A stretch of 64,000 nt of DNA from Pseudomonadota bacterium (GTDB taxonomy: Bacteria > Pseudomonadota > Gammaproteobacteria > SURF-13): the NCBI GenBank assembly GCA_041695325.1, contig JBGFRC010000024.1, forward strand, positions 17,271-81,270, read 5' to 3'. The notes under the pieces are model-generated. The model had not been told where the DNA came from. It made no database searches and saw only the letters and a program-made list of their open reading frames with translations. Both the position numbers and the translations under genes were made by a program. Below, piece by piece: positions 46,700-56,955 of this stretch. How positions within the stretch are numbered: the first letter of the stretch is position 1; every line of letters starts with the position of its first letter.

Positions 46700-46707
46700 T
46701 AACCTGT

Positions 46708-47793
46708 ATGAAAGAACCCCTCACGCAAATGGTGGAACGACTCATCCGCCCCGAAATCCACACCCTGTCCGCCTATCACGTGCCCGATGCGCGCGGGCTT
46801 ATCAAGCTCGACGCCATGGAGAACCCCTATTCCTGGCCGGAGGAGATCAGGCAGGCGTGGCTGGAGGCGCTGCGCGCCGCCCCGCTCAACCGCTATCCCG
46901 ATCCGGAGGCGCAAGCGCTTAAAGAGGGGCTGCGCGCCGCACTGAACGTGCCCGCTGACGCCGGACTCTTGCTCGGCAACGGCTCGGACGAGCTGATCCA
47001 GATGCTCGCCCTCGCGTTTGCGCAGCCTAGGCGGGTGATGCTCGCGCCGGAGCCCGGCTTTGTCATGTACCGCCTGATCGCGCTTTGGTGCGGCATGAGT
47101 TACGTGGGTGTGCCGCTGCGCGGCGATTTCGCGCTTGATCTCGATGCCGTGCGGGAGGCCATCTCGCGTCACCAGCCCGCGCTGGTGTTCATCGCCTACC
47201 CCAACAACCCCAGCGGCAACCTGTTTGATGCAGCCGTGCTCCGGCGCATCATTGAAGAAAGCCCGGGGCTGGTGGTGCTGGACGAGGCCTATCACGCCTT
47301 CGCCGGCGCCAGCTTCATGCAGGATGTCCTGCGCTACCCCAACCTGCTGGTGATGCGCACCCTGTCCAAGATGGGCCTCGCGGGTCTGCGCCTGGGGCTG
47401 CTTGCCGGCCACCCGGCGTGGCTTGATGAGGTCAATAAAACGCGTCTGCCGTATAACGTCAACGTGCTCACCCAGCTCAGCGTGGCGTTTGCCCTGCGCC
47501 ATGCCCACATCTTGGAGCATCAGGCGCGGCTGATATGCGCCGAGCGCGAACGGCTGTTTATCGAGCTCGTCAAACTTCCCGGCGTCACGGCCTATCCCAG
47601 CCGCGCCAACTTCATTTTATTCCGCGCCGTAGCGGGACGCGCCGGTGAGCTGTTTGACTCCCTCAAGCAGTCCGGCGTGCTGATCAAAAACCTGCACGGC
47701 ACGCACCCCCTGCTCAACGATTGTCTGCGTGTCACGGTCGGCACGGCACAGGAGAATGACGCTTTTATTACGGCGCTCCACAAGGCGTTGTAG
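46708..47793 (+). CDS. hisC: histidinol-phosphate aminotransferase
   Basis: 361-aa class II aminotransferase with PLP lysine context ([11 protein letters not shown]). Confidence 0.92.
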   Translation: MKEPLTQMVERLIRPEIHTLSAYHVPDARGLIKLDAMENPYSWPEEIRQAWLEALRAAPLNRYPDPEAQALKEGLRAALNVPADAGLLLGNGSDELIQMLALAFAQPRRVMLAPEPGFVMYRLIALWCGMSYVGVPLRGDFALDLDAVREAISRHQPALVFIAYPNNPSGNLFDAAVLRRIIEESPGLVVLDEAYHAFAGASFMQDVLRYPNLLVMRTLSKMGLAGLRLGLLAGHPAWLDEVNKTRLPYNVNVLTQLSVAFALRHAHILEHQARLICAERERLFIELVKLPGVTAYPSRANFILFRAVAGRAGELFDSLKQSGVLIKNLHGTHPLLNDCLRVTVGTAQENDAFITALHKAL

Positions 47794-47827
47794 CGTAAAG
47801 CGCGCCAGTTTATTCTATAATGTACGC

Positions 47828-48436
47828 ATGAGCACCCCGCCCCTACCCGCGCGCCAGGCCGACGTCACGCGCCTCACCAAAGAGACCCGGATCAGCGTGA
47901 CGCTCAATCTGGACGGCGGCGGTCAATCGCGCCTCAACAGCGGCATTCCCTTTCTCGACCACATGCTGGAGCAGATTGCGCGTCACGGGCTGGTTGATCT
48001 CACCGTGGACGCCAAGGGCGACCTGCACGTGGACGCGCACCACACGGTGGAGGACATCGGCATCACGCTGGGCCAGGCGCTTACCAAGGCGCTCGGCGAC
48101 AAGCACGGCATCCGCCGCTACGGCCATGCCTGCGTGCCGCTGGATGAAGCCTTGTCGCGCGTGGTGATAGACCTGTCCGGACGCCCCGGGCTGGAGTATC
48201 ACGTCGCCTTCCCGCGCGCGCGCGTCAGCGATTTCGACGTGGACCTGCTGCGCGAGTTTTTCCAGGGCTTCGTCAACCACGCCATGTGCACGCTGCACAT
48301 AGATTGCCTGCGCGGCAAGAACGCGCACCACATCGCGGAGACCGTGTTCAAGGCCTTCGCGCGCGCGCTGCGCACGGCGGCGGAGATGGACGCGCGCATG
48401 CAGGGGCAACTGCCTTCCACCAAGGGAAAACTGTAA
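47828..48436 (+). CDS. hisB: imidazoleglycerol-phosphate dehydratase
   Basis: The ATG at 47828 gives [32 protein letters not shown], the IGPD fold. The longer ORF from 47729 is a frame artefact. Confidence 0.93.
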   Translation: MSTPPLPARQADVTRLTKETRISVTLNLDGGGQSRLNSGIPFLDHMLEQIARHGLVDLTVDAKGDLHVDAHHTVEDIGITLGQALTKALGDKHGIRRYGHACVPLDEALSRVVIDLSGRPGLEYHVAFPRARVSDFDVDLLREFFQGFVNHAMCTLHIDCLRGKNAHHIAETVFKAFARALRTAAEMDARMQGQLPSTKGKL

Positions 48437-48461
48437 CGCCGCTGTTTTTCTCCGTTTCCCG

Positions 48462-49115
48462 ATGGGCATCCTAAATAATGTAGTTGTGATTGACTACGGC
48501 ATGGGCAACCTGCGCTCGGTATCCAAGGCGCTGGAGCACGTGGCCGGCCCCGGCGCGCGGGTGGAAGTGACAAATGACGCGCAGCGTATCCGCGCGGCGC
48601 GGCGCGTGGTGTTCCCCGGCCAGGGCGCGATGCGCGACTGCATGAACGAGCTGGAGCGCCTCGGTTTGGATGACGTGGTGCGCGCCTGTGTACGCGACAA
48701 GCCGTTCTTCGGCATTTGCATGGGCCTGCAGGCGCTCATGGACTTCAGCGAGGAAAATGACGGACGGGCGGGGCTCGGCGTCATTCCAGGAGAGGTGCGC
48801 CGCTTCGCCGAAAACCTGAGCGACCCGCTCACGCACGAGCGGCTCAAGATACCGCATATGGGCTGGAACGAAGTGCGCCAGACGCGCGCGCATCCGTTGT
48901 GGCAAGGCATACCCGATAACAGCCGCTTCTATTTCGTGCACAGTTATTACGTCGTGCCCAGGGATGACTCCGCGTCCTGCGGGGAGACACGCTATCCGGC
49001 TGCGTTCACCGCGGCCGTGGCGGCCGCCAATATCTTCGCAGTGCAATTTCACCCGGAAAAGAGCCAGCGCGCCGGGCTCGCCCTGCTGGCCAATTTTCTC
49101 AACTGGTCCCCTTGA
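48462..49115 (+). CDS. hisH: imidazole glycerol phosphate synthase glutamine amidotransferase subunit
   Basis: [14 protein letters not shown]...CMGLQ shows the class I GATase triad context. Confidence 0.92.
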   Translation: MGILNNVVVIDYGMGNLRSVSKALEHVAGPGARVEVTNDAQRIRAARRVVFPGQGAMRDCMNELERLGLDDVVRACVRDKPFFGICMGLQALMDFSEENDGRAGLGVIPGEVRRFAENLSDPLTHERLKIPHMGWNEVRQTRAHPLWQGIPDNSRFYFVHSYYVVPRDDSASCGETRYPAAFTAAVAAANIFAVQFHPEKSQRAGLALLANFLNWSP

Positions 49116-49128
49116 ATCTGAGTGGCGC

Positions 49129-49866
49129 ATGTTACTGATACCCGCCATTGATCTTAAAGACGGCAAGTGCGTACGCCTGCGTCAGGGACGCATGCAGGAC
49201 GATACGGTTTTTTCCGACAACCCGCTTGCAGTCGCGGAGCGCTGGGTCAAGGACGGCGCGCGTCGCCTGCACATCGTGGATTTGAACGGCGCGATTGGGG
49301 GGAGGCCGGTGAACGCCGAGATCATCCATCGTATTGCAAAAGCCCATCCCGGGCTTCCCATCCAGGTGGGCGGCGGCATCCGCGATGAAGACACCATCCA
49401 GAGCTACCTGGACGCGGGCGTGCACTACGTCATCATCGGCACCAAGGCGGTCAACACCCCGCACTTCGTCGCCGACATGTGCCTGGAATTTCCCGGCCAC
49501 GTCATCGTCGGCCTCGACGCCAGGAACGGCAAGGTGGCGATTGAAGGCTGGTCCAAGCTCTCCAACCACGACGTGATAGACATCGCGCGGCGCTTCGAAA
49601 AGGACGGCGTCGAAGCCGTCATCTACACCGACATCGGACGCGACGGCATGATGAAAGGCGTCAACGTCGAGGCCACGGTTCAGCTTGCGCGCGCCATCAC
49701 CATCCCGGTGATCGCCTCCGGCGGCATCACCAATCTGGACGACATCCGCGCGCTGTGCAAGGTGGCGCAGGACGGCGTCATGGGCGCGGTGGTCGGACGC
49801 GCGATTTACGAAGGCACGCTGGACTTCGCCGCAGGCCAGAAGCTCGCTGATAAGCTGAGCCGCTGA
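49129..49866 (+). CDS. hisA: 1-(5-phosphoribosyl)-5-[(5-phosphoribosylamino)methylideneamino]imidazole-4-carboxamide isomerase
   Basis: The ATG at 49129 gives [17 protein letters not shown]. Confidence 0.93.
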   Translation: MLLIPAIDLKDGKCVRLRQGRMQDDTVFSDNPLAVAERWVKDGARRLHIVDLNGAIGGRPVNAEIIHRIAKAHPGLPIQVGGGIRDEDTIQSYLDAGVHYVIIGTKAVNTPHFVADMCLEFPGHVIVGLDARNGKVAIEGWSKLSNHDVIDIARRFEKDGVEAVIYTDIGRDGMMKGVNVEATVQLARAITIPVIASGGITNLDDIRALCKVAQDGVMGAVVGRAIYEGTLDFAAGQKLADKLSR

Positions 49867-49887
49867 TCCATGATAACAGGAGGAAAA

Positions 49888-49943
49888 ATGAAACCGGCGT
49901 CCATTCTTTTCTCTTGTATCTTGTCTCTTGTATCTGCCTCTAA

Positions 49944-49953
<10 letters not shown>
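49888..49953 (+). CDS. candidate 21-codon upstream ORF with a strong SD, overlapping the hisF start
   Basis: AGGAGG at 49878-83, then ATG at 49888, encoding [21 protein letters not shown]. It stops 7 nt past the hisF ATG in the +1 frame, and hisF itself has no recognisable SD. Confidence 0.3.
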
Positions 49954-50707
<754 letters not shown>

Positions 50708-50711
<4 letters not shown>

Positions 50712-51097
50712 CGCAAGACTGGCTCAGCCAAGTCAAATGGGATGAGCAAGGCCTGGTGCCCGTCGTCGCGCAGGAGGTGCACAGCGGCAAGGTGTTGATG
50801 CTCGCCTGGATGAACCGCGCGGCATTGGAACAAACGCAGAAAACCGGGCGCGCCACCTACTGGTCGCGCGCGCGCAACAGGCTGTGGCAAAAGGGGGAGA
50901 AGTCCGGTCATGTCCAGACCGTGCGCGAAATCCGGCTCGACTGCGACGGCGACGCCGTCTTGCTGCTGGTTGAGCAGCAGGGCGGCATCGCTTGTCACAC
51001 CGGGCGCGAGCGCTGCTTTTTCCATAAGCTCGAGGACGGGAAATGGCGCGCGGTGGAACCGCTACTCAAAGACCCCGGCCTGATATATAATAAATAA
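50708..51097 (+). CDS. hisI: phosphoribosyl-AMP cyclohydrolase
   Basis: 129-aa protein with HisI motifs ([22 protein letters not shown]). Confidence 0.92.
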
Positions 51098-51133
51098 TTG
51101 ATCCTGAAACGGTCCCCTGCCAGGTTGGCTCCT

Positions 51134-51457
51134 ATGAACGATGTGCTGGCGCGCCTGTCTCAGCTCATTGAACAGCGCAAATCCGCCGCGCCGGAAAGCT
51201 CGTATGTGGCCAGCCTGTATGCCAAGGGCGCGGATGCGATCCTGAAAAAGATCGGCGAGGAGGCAGCGGAGCTTCTGGTCGCCGCCAAGAACCGGGAGCC
51301 GGGCGCCATCGTGCATGAGACGGCCGATCTGTGGTTTCACACCTTGGTGCTGCTGGCTTCTCAGGGCTTGAAGCCGGATGACGTGCTGCACGAGCTGGAG
51401 CGGCGTTTCGGCGTCTCCGGCCACGAGGAGAAGGCCAAACGAGCGTCGCGCCCATGA
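51134..51457 (+). CDS. hisE: phosphoribosyl-ATP pyrophosphatase
   Basis: Start [16 protein letters not shown] inside ORF 51098..51457. Confidence 0.9.
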   Translation: MNDVLARLSQLIEQRKSAAPESSYVASLYAKGADAILKKIGEEAAELLVAAKNREPGAIVHETADLWFHTLVLLASQGLKPDDVLHELERRFGVSGHEEKAKRASRP

Positions 51458-51789
51458 CGGACTGCATATTTTGCAAGATCATCGCCGGCAAGATTCCCGG
51501 CCAATTCGTGCATCAGGACGATCAGGTGGTGGTGTTCAAGGACATTCATCCCAAGGCGCGCGTGCATTTGCTGGTAACGCCGCGCGTACACGTGGAAAGC
51601 CTCGCCGAGCTGACCCATCAGCATGACGGGCTGATGGCGCACATGATGCGCCTGCTGCCGCAGGTGGCGCGGGCACAGGGCCTTGGCCACGGCTTTCGCA
51701 CCGTGATCAACACCGGGCCGGCCGGCGGACAGGAAGTGCCGCACCTGCATATTCACCTGTTGGGCGGCGGGCCGCTGCCGGGTTTTTAA
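51454..51789 (+). CDS. HIT-family (histidine triad) nucleotide hydrolase
   Basis: 111-aa protein with the HxHxHxx motif ([11 protein letters not shown]). Confidence 0.88.
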   Translation: MTDCIFCKIIAGKIPGQFVHQDDQVVVFKDIHPKARVHLLVTPRVHVESLAELTHQHDGLMAHMMRLLPQVARAQGLGHGFRTVINTGPAGGQEVPHLHIHLLGGGPLPGF

Positions 51790-51819
51790 CTTGAAGCTGT
51801 TTCAATCTGGAGAGAAAAC

Positions 51820-52050
51820 ATGATTAGCGTTCCACAATTACTGATTATCCTCGCCATCGTGCTGGTGCTGTTCGGCGCCAAGAAGTTGCGCAACATCGGC
51901 GCCGACCTGGGCAGCGCCATCAAAAACTTCCGTAGCTCCGTGAAGGAAGGCGGCGAGGAAGGCAAGGCCGAGGACAAGGAGAAAATAGCCCAGCAACCGG
52001 GCCAGGTTATCGAGGGCGAAGCCATGGTCAAAGAAAAGGAGAAGGCTTAG
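51820..52050 (+). CDS. tatA: twin-arginine translocase subunit TatA
   Basis: 76 aa with an N-terminal TM, LFG hinge, and amphipathic helix. Confidence 0.9.
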   Translation: MISVPQLLIILAIVLVLFGAKKLRNIGADLGSAIKNFRSSVKEGGEEGKAEDKEKIAQQPGQVIEGEAMVKEKEKA

Positions 52051-52071
52051 GCGCCTTATCCGGGGCGGCCC

Positions 52072-52443
52072 ATGTTCGACATCAACTTTCCCGAGCTCGC
52101 GGTCATCGCCATCGTCGCGCTGCTCGTCATCGGTCCCAAGCGGCTGCCCGAAGTAGCGCGTACGGCGGGCAAGTGGCTGGGCAAGGCGCAGCGTATGGTG
52201 GCGCGTTTTCGCGCCGACATGGACCGTGAATTCAAGACCGATGAATTGCGTAATCTTCTTACTCAGCAACAGGAAGAGCTGCAGGAACTGCGCAAGATCG
52301 TGGAGGAAACACAAGGCACGCTGGATGACGCTGGACATCAGCTCGAAAACCTCGCCGCGCCCGCCCGCCCGCCCGCCGCTTCCTCTCAGATAGCCGCCCC
52401 CGGCGGCACCCCACCCCATGGCGGAGCCACATCACAGTCCTGA
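52072..52443 (+). CDS. tatB: twin-arginine translocase subunit TatB
   Basis: 123 aa, MFDINFPELAVIAIVALLVIGPKRLPE. Confidence 0.88.
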   Translation: MFDINFPELAVIAIVALLVIGPKRLPEVARTAGKWLGKAQRMVARFRADMDREFKTDELRNLLTQQQEELQELRKIVEETQGTLDDAGHQLENLAAPARPPAASSQIAAPGGTPPHGGATSQS

Positions 52444-53302
52444 ACAAGCGTCCATCGAGCAGGAACAACCACTCGTCGTCCACCTGCTGGAGCTGCGCGA
52501 CCGGCTGGTGAAGGTGATCCTCTCCGTGCTGGTGGTGTTTCTCGCCCTGTTCTGGTTTCGCAACGAGCTCTATACCCTACTCGCCCAGCCGCTGCTCGCT
52601 CATTTACCGGCGGGATCCTCCATGATCGCCACCGAGGTGGCCTCCCCCTTTATCGCGCCGGTCAAGCTGGCATTGTGGGTTTCAGTATTCATCGCCATCC
52701 CGGTCATCCTGTATCATCTGTGGGCGTTTGTCGCGCCCGGTTTGTACAAAAACGAACGGCGCCTGATACTGCCTCTGGTCATATCCAGCACACTGTTGTT
52801 CTTCGCCGGCGCGGCGTTCGCCTATTTCCTGGTGTTCCCGCTGATCTTCAAGTTCTTCACCCTCACTGCGCCGGAAGGCGTGGCGGTGATGACTGATATC
52901 ACCAAGTATCTGGGTTTTGTGCTGAACCTGTTCTTCGCCTTCGGCGTGGCGTTTGAAACACCGGTGCTGGTGGTGCTGCTGGTGTGGGCCGGTGTCGTGA
53001 CGCCGCAGGCGCTGGCCGAGAAGCGCCGTTACATCATCGTGCTCGCGTTCATCATCGCCATGCTGCTCACCCCGCCCGACGTGGCCTCGCAGTTCCTGCT
53101 GGCTATCCCTCTGTGCTTATTGTTTGAGCTGGGCCTGCTGGTAGCGCGCCTCTACGTGCGGCCCGAGCAGAAGGAAGAAGAGGTAGAAGATTTCTCCAAC
53201 CCGGAAGGCGGCCCCTCCATGGCGGGGCGCAGCTTTACCACGCCGGCGGGAACCGAGCCAGTCGGCGCAGACAACCCGCCTGATAACCGGGGTGCGAGTT
53301 GA
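52418..53302 (+). CDS. tatC: twin-arginine translocase subunit TatC
   Basis: 294-aa 6-TM TatC fold. Confidence 0.92.
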   Translation: MAEPHHSPEQASIEQEQPLVVHLLELRDRLVKVILSVLVVFLALFWFRNELYTLLAQPLLAHLPAGSSMIATEVASPFIAPVKLALWVSVFIAIPVILYHLWAFVAPGLYKNERRLILPLVISSTLLFFAGAAFAYFLVFPLIFKFFTLTAPEGVAVMTDITKYLGFVLNLFFAFGVAFETPVLVVLLVWAGVVTPQALAEKRRYIIVLAFIIAMLLTPPDVASQFLLAIPLCLLFELGLLVARLYVRPEQKEEEVEDFSNPEGGPSMAGRSFTTPAGTEPVGADNPPDNRGAS

Positions 53303-53470
53303 GCCGCACCCCGAGTGGGCGGTAGCCGCGCAGAGCGCGGTGCCGGCTCGAACGAGTGTCGGGCGGCGCGCCTGTCTGCGCCTGCTTGCGCGCTGCGCGC
53401 AGGCAAGTGCGACGCACAGGCAGGCGCCGCTCAACGCCAAGTTGTACGGCCGGCGAAGTCGGTCCGCACG
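53303..53470. repeat. composite REP cluster directly after the tatC stop (families B and A)
   Basis: The family B module CCCCGAGTGGGCGGTAGCCGCGCAGAGCGCGGTGCCGGCTCGAACGAG (also at 57103-57150 and 54165-54250) is followed by the family A module gcgcctgtctgcgcctgcttgcgcgctgcgcgcaggcaagtgcgacgcacaggcaggcgcc. Confidence 0.65.
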
Positions 53471-53479
53471 AACGACGTG

Positions 53480-53719
53480 TTATGCGACATTTTGCATACG
53501 ATTAGCAAAGTCACGACCGGAGGTCGCTGGCGGCAAGGGCTTTCTGTCTTTTCGATATAGTTCTATAGCTTCTTCGACGATCTGACAAAGCTCATCGAAG
53601 ACTTGTTTCTCGTCTTCGCCGTGGCAACCGCCGAGAATCAGCCCAGGCGCGCTTCCGACGTAGCACTGATCTTCTTCGGACCACTCGACAATCTTTGCGT
53701 ATTTCGCGCTGTCTTTCAT
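53480..53719 (-). CDS. hicB: HicB-family antitoxin (UPF0150 / RNase-H-like fold)
   Basis: 79 aa, MKDSAKYAKIVEWSEEDQCYVGSAPGLILGGCHGEDEKQVFDELCQIVEEAIELYRKDRKPLPP, the typical HicB-like antitoxin signature. Local GC is lower than the surroundings. Confidence 0.75.
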   Translation of the reverse strand: MKDSAKYAKIVEWSEEDQCYVGSAPGLILGGCHGEDEKQVFDELCQIVEEAIELYRKDRKPLPPATSGRDFANRMQNVA

Positions 53720-53880
53720 TTCTTCAACTCCTCCAGGGCCAAGCGTACCGCCCGGACCTGATAATGTTTTGCGTCATCCCCAAGTTTACCGGAAATTGTC
53801 ACGGGTTTCTGGGCCTTGGGGTGGACAAAGTTTCTATGGCTCCCCTTGCCGCCGCGATCCACGAACCCAGCCTTTTCCAA
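53716..53880 (-). CDS. hicA: HicA-family mRNA-interferase toxin; the start is uncertain because the 5' end abuts REP and MITE insertions
   Basis: The minus frame reads (L)EKAGFVDRGGKGSHRNFVHPKAQKPVTISGKLGDDAKHYQVRAVRLALEELKK, with the GSH and VTISGK HicA motifs. Its TGA overlaps the hicB ATG (ATGA). There is no in-frame ATG; a TTG at 53880 gives 54 aa. Upstream the frame stays open through a reversed REP (encoding PACARRAGK) up to the MITE. Confidence 0.6.
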   Translation of the reverse strand: MEKAGFVDRGGKGSHRNFVHPKAQKPVTISGKLGDDAKHYQVRAVRLALEELKK

Positions 53881-53912
53881 CTTGCCTGCGCGTCGCGCGC
53901 AAGCAGGTTCGG
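53881..53912. repeat. REP family A copy in reverse orientation, forming the 5' flank of hicA
   Basis: cttgcctgcgcgtcgcgcgcaagcagg is the reverse complement of the core cctgcttgcgcgctgcgcgcaggcaag. Confidence 0.5.
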
Positions 53913-53919
53913 CGATTAG

Positions 53920-54081
53920 CAGGGTGTTGATAAACCCTGTTTATCAACACCCTGCGGTGCGGTGCAGGGAGGCACCGCCATTTTTCAAACACGGAAGTGT
54001 TTGAAAAATGAAGCAAAGCAAAAATCGCATTTTTGCTTTGCGTGGTTGATAAAGTCCAGGATGGACTTTATCAACACCCTG
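53920..54081. mobile_element. MITE copy 2 (about 162 bp), immediately upstream of hicA
   Basis: Same element as 42544-42691, again flanked by TTAG (53916-19 and 54082-85). The 5' end carries a nested TIR hairpin CAGGGTGTTGATAAAC-cct-GTTTATCAACACCCTG. Confidence 0.6.
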
Positions 54082-54144
54082 TTAGCTCCCTTATTTTTGG
54101 TGGCATCAGTTTTCCCCTGAATTGTTGGTCGCATAACGGGACGC

Positions 54145-54330
54145 GAGTTGAGGCGCACCCCGAGTGATTAAAGGTAATGAGTTTACCTTTAATCACGGGC
54201 GGGCGTGAGGCGCGACCGCAGGGAGCGGTACCGGCTCGAACGAGAGTTGGGTGGCGCGCCTGTCTGCGTGCGACGCACAGGCAGGCGCCGCTCAACGTTC
54301 GCCATACCCGGCGGGATTGGGCGACGCGCC
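54145..54330. repeat. composite REP cluster (family B with an inserted 30-bp palindrome, then family A with an internal deletion)
   Basis: caccccgagtg-[attaaaggtaa-tgagt-ttacctttaat]-cacgggcggg...ggtaccggctcgaacgag...gcgcgcctgtctgcgtgcgacgcacaggcaggcgccgctcaacg. Confidence 0.6.
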
Positions 54331-54441
54331 GAAGGCGCGTTGACCTAGACCGTCCGTGCTCATGGCGTTGTTAGCGTGACAAGGAGCATATGCTACTTAT
54401 GGAGAGAGACAAGCGCCATCCCCGATCCTTCCGAGATCAAC

Positions 54442-55026
54442 CTACTCCATGGATCGCGCAAACGCGAAGAGCAGACCGCCTTCGTACCACTGCCAGATAC
54501 GCACGCCATCGATAACAAACTCACGCTCCGCGGGTGAAGCATCCGCGTTCGGCTTGAGGTGGGTCTGGTACAACGTGTATTCAATTCCCTGTGCGTCGCG
54601 CAGTTTGATTTGTGCGGCGAGGTGGCCCTGGATCGAACAGTAACGCGCGCCGGTAACGCGAAGGCCCGGCTCCGGGAGGTGTTGCGGTGCAATTAGCACG
54701 AAATCGAGCTTGCGCATCGCGGCGCGCAGCACATCGTAGTCGTTTGCCTTAAACTCGGGTGCCAGGTCTTTGCGGTGATTCAGCGCCACCTCGCGCGCGG
54801 CGAGTGTAACCCAGTCCGGCGCAGTAACCACCGACCACAGCAGCGCCGCGGCGAGAGTCACGAATGCGACGGAAGCCGCGAGTGTGCGCGTGGTCCGCCC
54901 GCGCCGCATCGGTGTATCCGCTGTTATCGCGTCGTGCTGCGCCAACAGTCGTGCGAGCGTACCGTCGCGCGGCTGCTCCTTAGCGTAAAATTCTTTCACT
55001 TGATCGGAAAGCCGGCGGTCGGTCAT
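54442..55026 (-). CDS. anti-sigma factor (single-TM, cognate to the upstream ECF sigma)
   Basis: 194 aa with one TM (LAASVAFVTLAAALLWSVV). Its start overlaps the ECF sigma stop (ATGA). Confidence 0.6.
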   Translation of the reverse strand: MTDRRLSDQVKEFYAKEQPRDGTLARLLAQHDAITADTPMRRGRTTRTLAASVAFVTLAAALLWSVVTAPDWVTLAAREVALNHRKDLAPEFKANDYDVLRAAMRKLDFVLIAPQHLPEPGLRVTGARYCSIQGHLAAQIKLRDAQGIEYTLYQTHLKPNADASPAEREFVIDGVRIWQWYEGGLLFAFARSME

Positions 55027-55505
55027 GTCTTCGCCACCGCATCGATATCACCTGCCAGCGCGCGGCGCAGTTTTGCTCGCGCACGATGAAGCAGACTCAG
55101 TACCGTACCGCGCGGCGTCTGCATCAGCTTGCCGATCTCGTCAGCGGTGTAACCTTCCACGCTCGCGAGATAAAATGTCTCGCGTTCGACCGGTCGCAAC
55201 GCGCCCAGCGCGCGTTCCAGCGCGGCTGGACCGACGTCCGGCAGCGGCGGGTCGTCGCTCGCCGCATCGTAACTGTCTTCCAGCGGCACCATCGGCACCA
55301 GCCGCTCGCGCCGATGCTCATTCAGAAATCGCGAGCGGATGGCGGTGAAAAGATAGGCGCGCGTTCGCGGCCCGCGCGCCTGAAGTACGGCAACCCACGC
55401 ATCCTGGACCAGATCCTCCGCCTGCGAACGATGGTGCGTCAGCGACAGCGCGTAGCGGTAACCGCTTAGCAGCAGGGCGCGCAGGTCGGAGATCGGCTCG
55501 TTCAT
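55023..55505 (-). CDS. RNA polymerase ECF-type sigma-70 factor
   Basis: 160 aa with region 2 (DLVQDAWVAV) and region 4 HTH (YTADEIGKLMQTPRGTVLSLLHRARAKLR). Confidence 0.88.
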   Translation of the reverse strand: MNEPISDLRALLLSGYRYALSLTHHRSQAEDLVQDAWVAVLQARGPRTRAYLFTAIRSRFLNEHRRERLVPMVPLEDSYDAASDDPPLPDVGPAALERALGALRPVERETFYLASVEGYTADEIGKLMQTPRGTVLSLLHRARAKLRRALAGDIDAVAKT

Positions 55506-55517
55506 GTGGTGCCACTG

Positions 55518-56624
55518 CTAGCGGAACGGAAACGGCAGTGTTTCATACTCGGGCAATTCCGGCGCCTCGATCAGGATCGGGTCGCCGCTCAAGGATTCCA
55601 GGAACGCGCGCAGGGCGGCTTTCTCATCCTTGCTCAGGTTAAGCGGTTTCATCAACGGTGATTTGGTGCCGAACGGATCGTCTGCGCCGCCTTTGTCGTA
55701 AAACTCGATCACCTGCTCCAGCGTTGTGAACACACCGTTGTGCATGTACGGCGCAGTGTACTTCAGCTCCCGCAGCGGCGGCGTGCGGAACGCGCCCTTG
55801 TCCTCCGCTTTCTTGGTGTCAAGGAAGCGGCCGGGGTCGCGATCGAGCGTGAGGTAATCGGTTTCGAGAACGCCCTTGGCCTTGATGCGCTCGCGCATTG
55901 AAATCTGGCGCAAGGGATCCTTCGCAAACGCCGGATTCTGCGGCACGGCGATGTTGTGGAAGTTCTCGTCGGTTAGCATCGGGCCATTGTGGCAGGCGAT
56001 GCAGCCGGCTTTGCCGCCGAATAGCGCCATGCCCTTGACCGCCTGCGAGCTTAGCGCCTTCTTGTCGCCGTTCATGTAACGGTCGAACGGCACGTTCTTC
56101 GAAACGATCGTGCGCTCGAACGCTGCGATCGCTGCCAGCGTGTTGTCAAACGTCGGCGTGGAGTTGAAGGCTTCCTTGAAACGGCGCACGTAGTCCGGAA
56201 TCTGCTTGAGTCGTTCCTCGGCCAGGCCCGGATTCATGTTATGCGCCAGCGGTCCGGTCATCGCGCCCTTGGCCTGAGCTTCCAACGTGGCGGCCGAGCC
56301 GGTCCAGAACCACTTAGTAAGGTATGCGGTATTCAGGATGGTCTGCGAATTACGCCAGTGCACCGTGCCCGGATACCCGATCGACAGCGCGTTGCCGTCG
56401 CCCCAGCCCAGATTCGGCGCGTGGCAGCTCGCGCAACTGATGGTGCTGTCGCCCGACAGGCGCGGATCGAAGTACAGCATCTTGCCCAATTCGACTTTCG
56501 CGGGGGTGAGCGTATCCGCCCCCGGCACAAGTGGCAAAGGGCCTAGCGGCGCGACCGCCGCTAAAATCTCGTTACCGCCTACCATCAGTAATCCCGCTAC
56601 AATCCAATGACGCAATCCCATCAT
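55518..56624 (-). CDS. ccp: di-heme cytochrome c peroxidase
   Basis: ORF to 56870 with the probable start MMGLRHWIVAGLL, preceded by a GGAAGG SD and a signal peptide. Two CxxCH motifs (CASCH, CIACH) and the Met-ligand motif PYMHNG are present. Confidence 0.85.
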   Translation of the reverse strand: MMGLRHWIVAGLLMVGGNEILAAVAPLGPLPLVPGADTLTPAKVELGKMLYFDPRLSGDSTISCASCHAPNLGWGDGNALSIGYPGTVHWRNSQTILNTAYLTKWFWTGSAATLEAQAKGAMTGPLAHNMNPGLAEERLKQIPDYVRRFKEAFNSTPTFDNTLAAIAAFERTIVSKNVPFDRYMNGDKKALSSQAVKGMALFGGKAGCIACHNGPMLTDENFHNIAVPQNPAFAKDPLRQISMRERIKAKGVLETDYLTLDRDPGRFLDTKKAEDKGAFRTPPLRELKYTAPYMHNGVFTTLEQVIEFYDKGGADDPFGTKSPLMKPLNLSKDEKAALRAFLESLSGDPILIEAPELPEYETLPFPFR

Positions 56625-56955
56625 GATGTACCTTCCAGTGTTGTTGGACATTGGGGAGAACAATCGGGCGGGCGATTTGATTGCACAGTGATTCGACGCA
56701 GACGCTTTTCTAGCCGCAACTGGCGTTTTAGTACGTGTGGGGAACGCTAACGCCAGGGCTAAGCCGCGGGACTGGACTGCGGGCGGTAAATTGGATGCCG
56801 TGAGCCGATCACAGTTGCAGCACGAACCGGCTGGCTGTTGACGGTGGTCGGGGTCAGTTCTCGCATGCACTCTTTAAAGAAACCTTTGCCGATCATGGCG
56901 CTGCTGACGTTGCCCCCATTTATAGACAGATTAAAACTGGAGTTTACCCGCTTTT

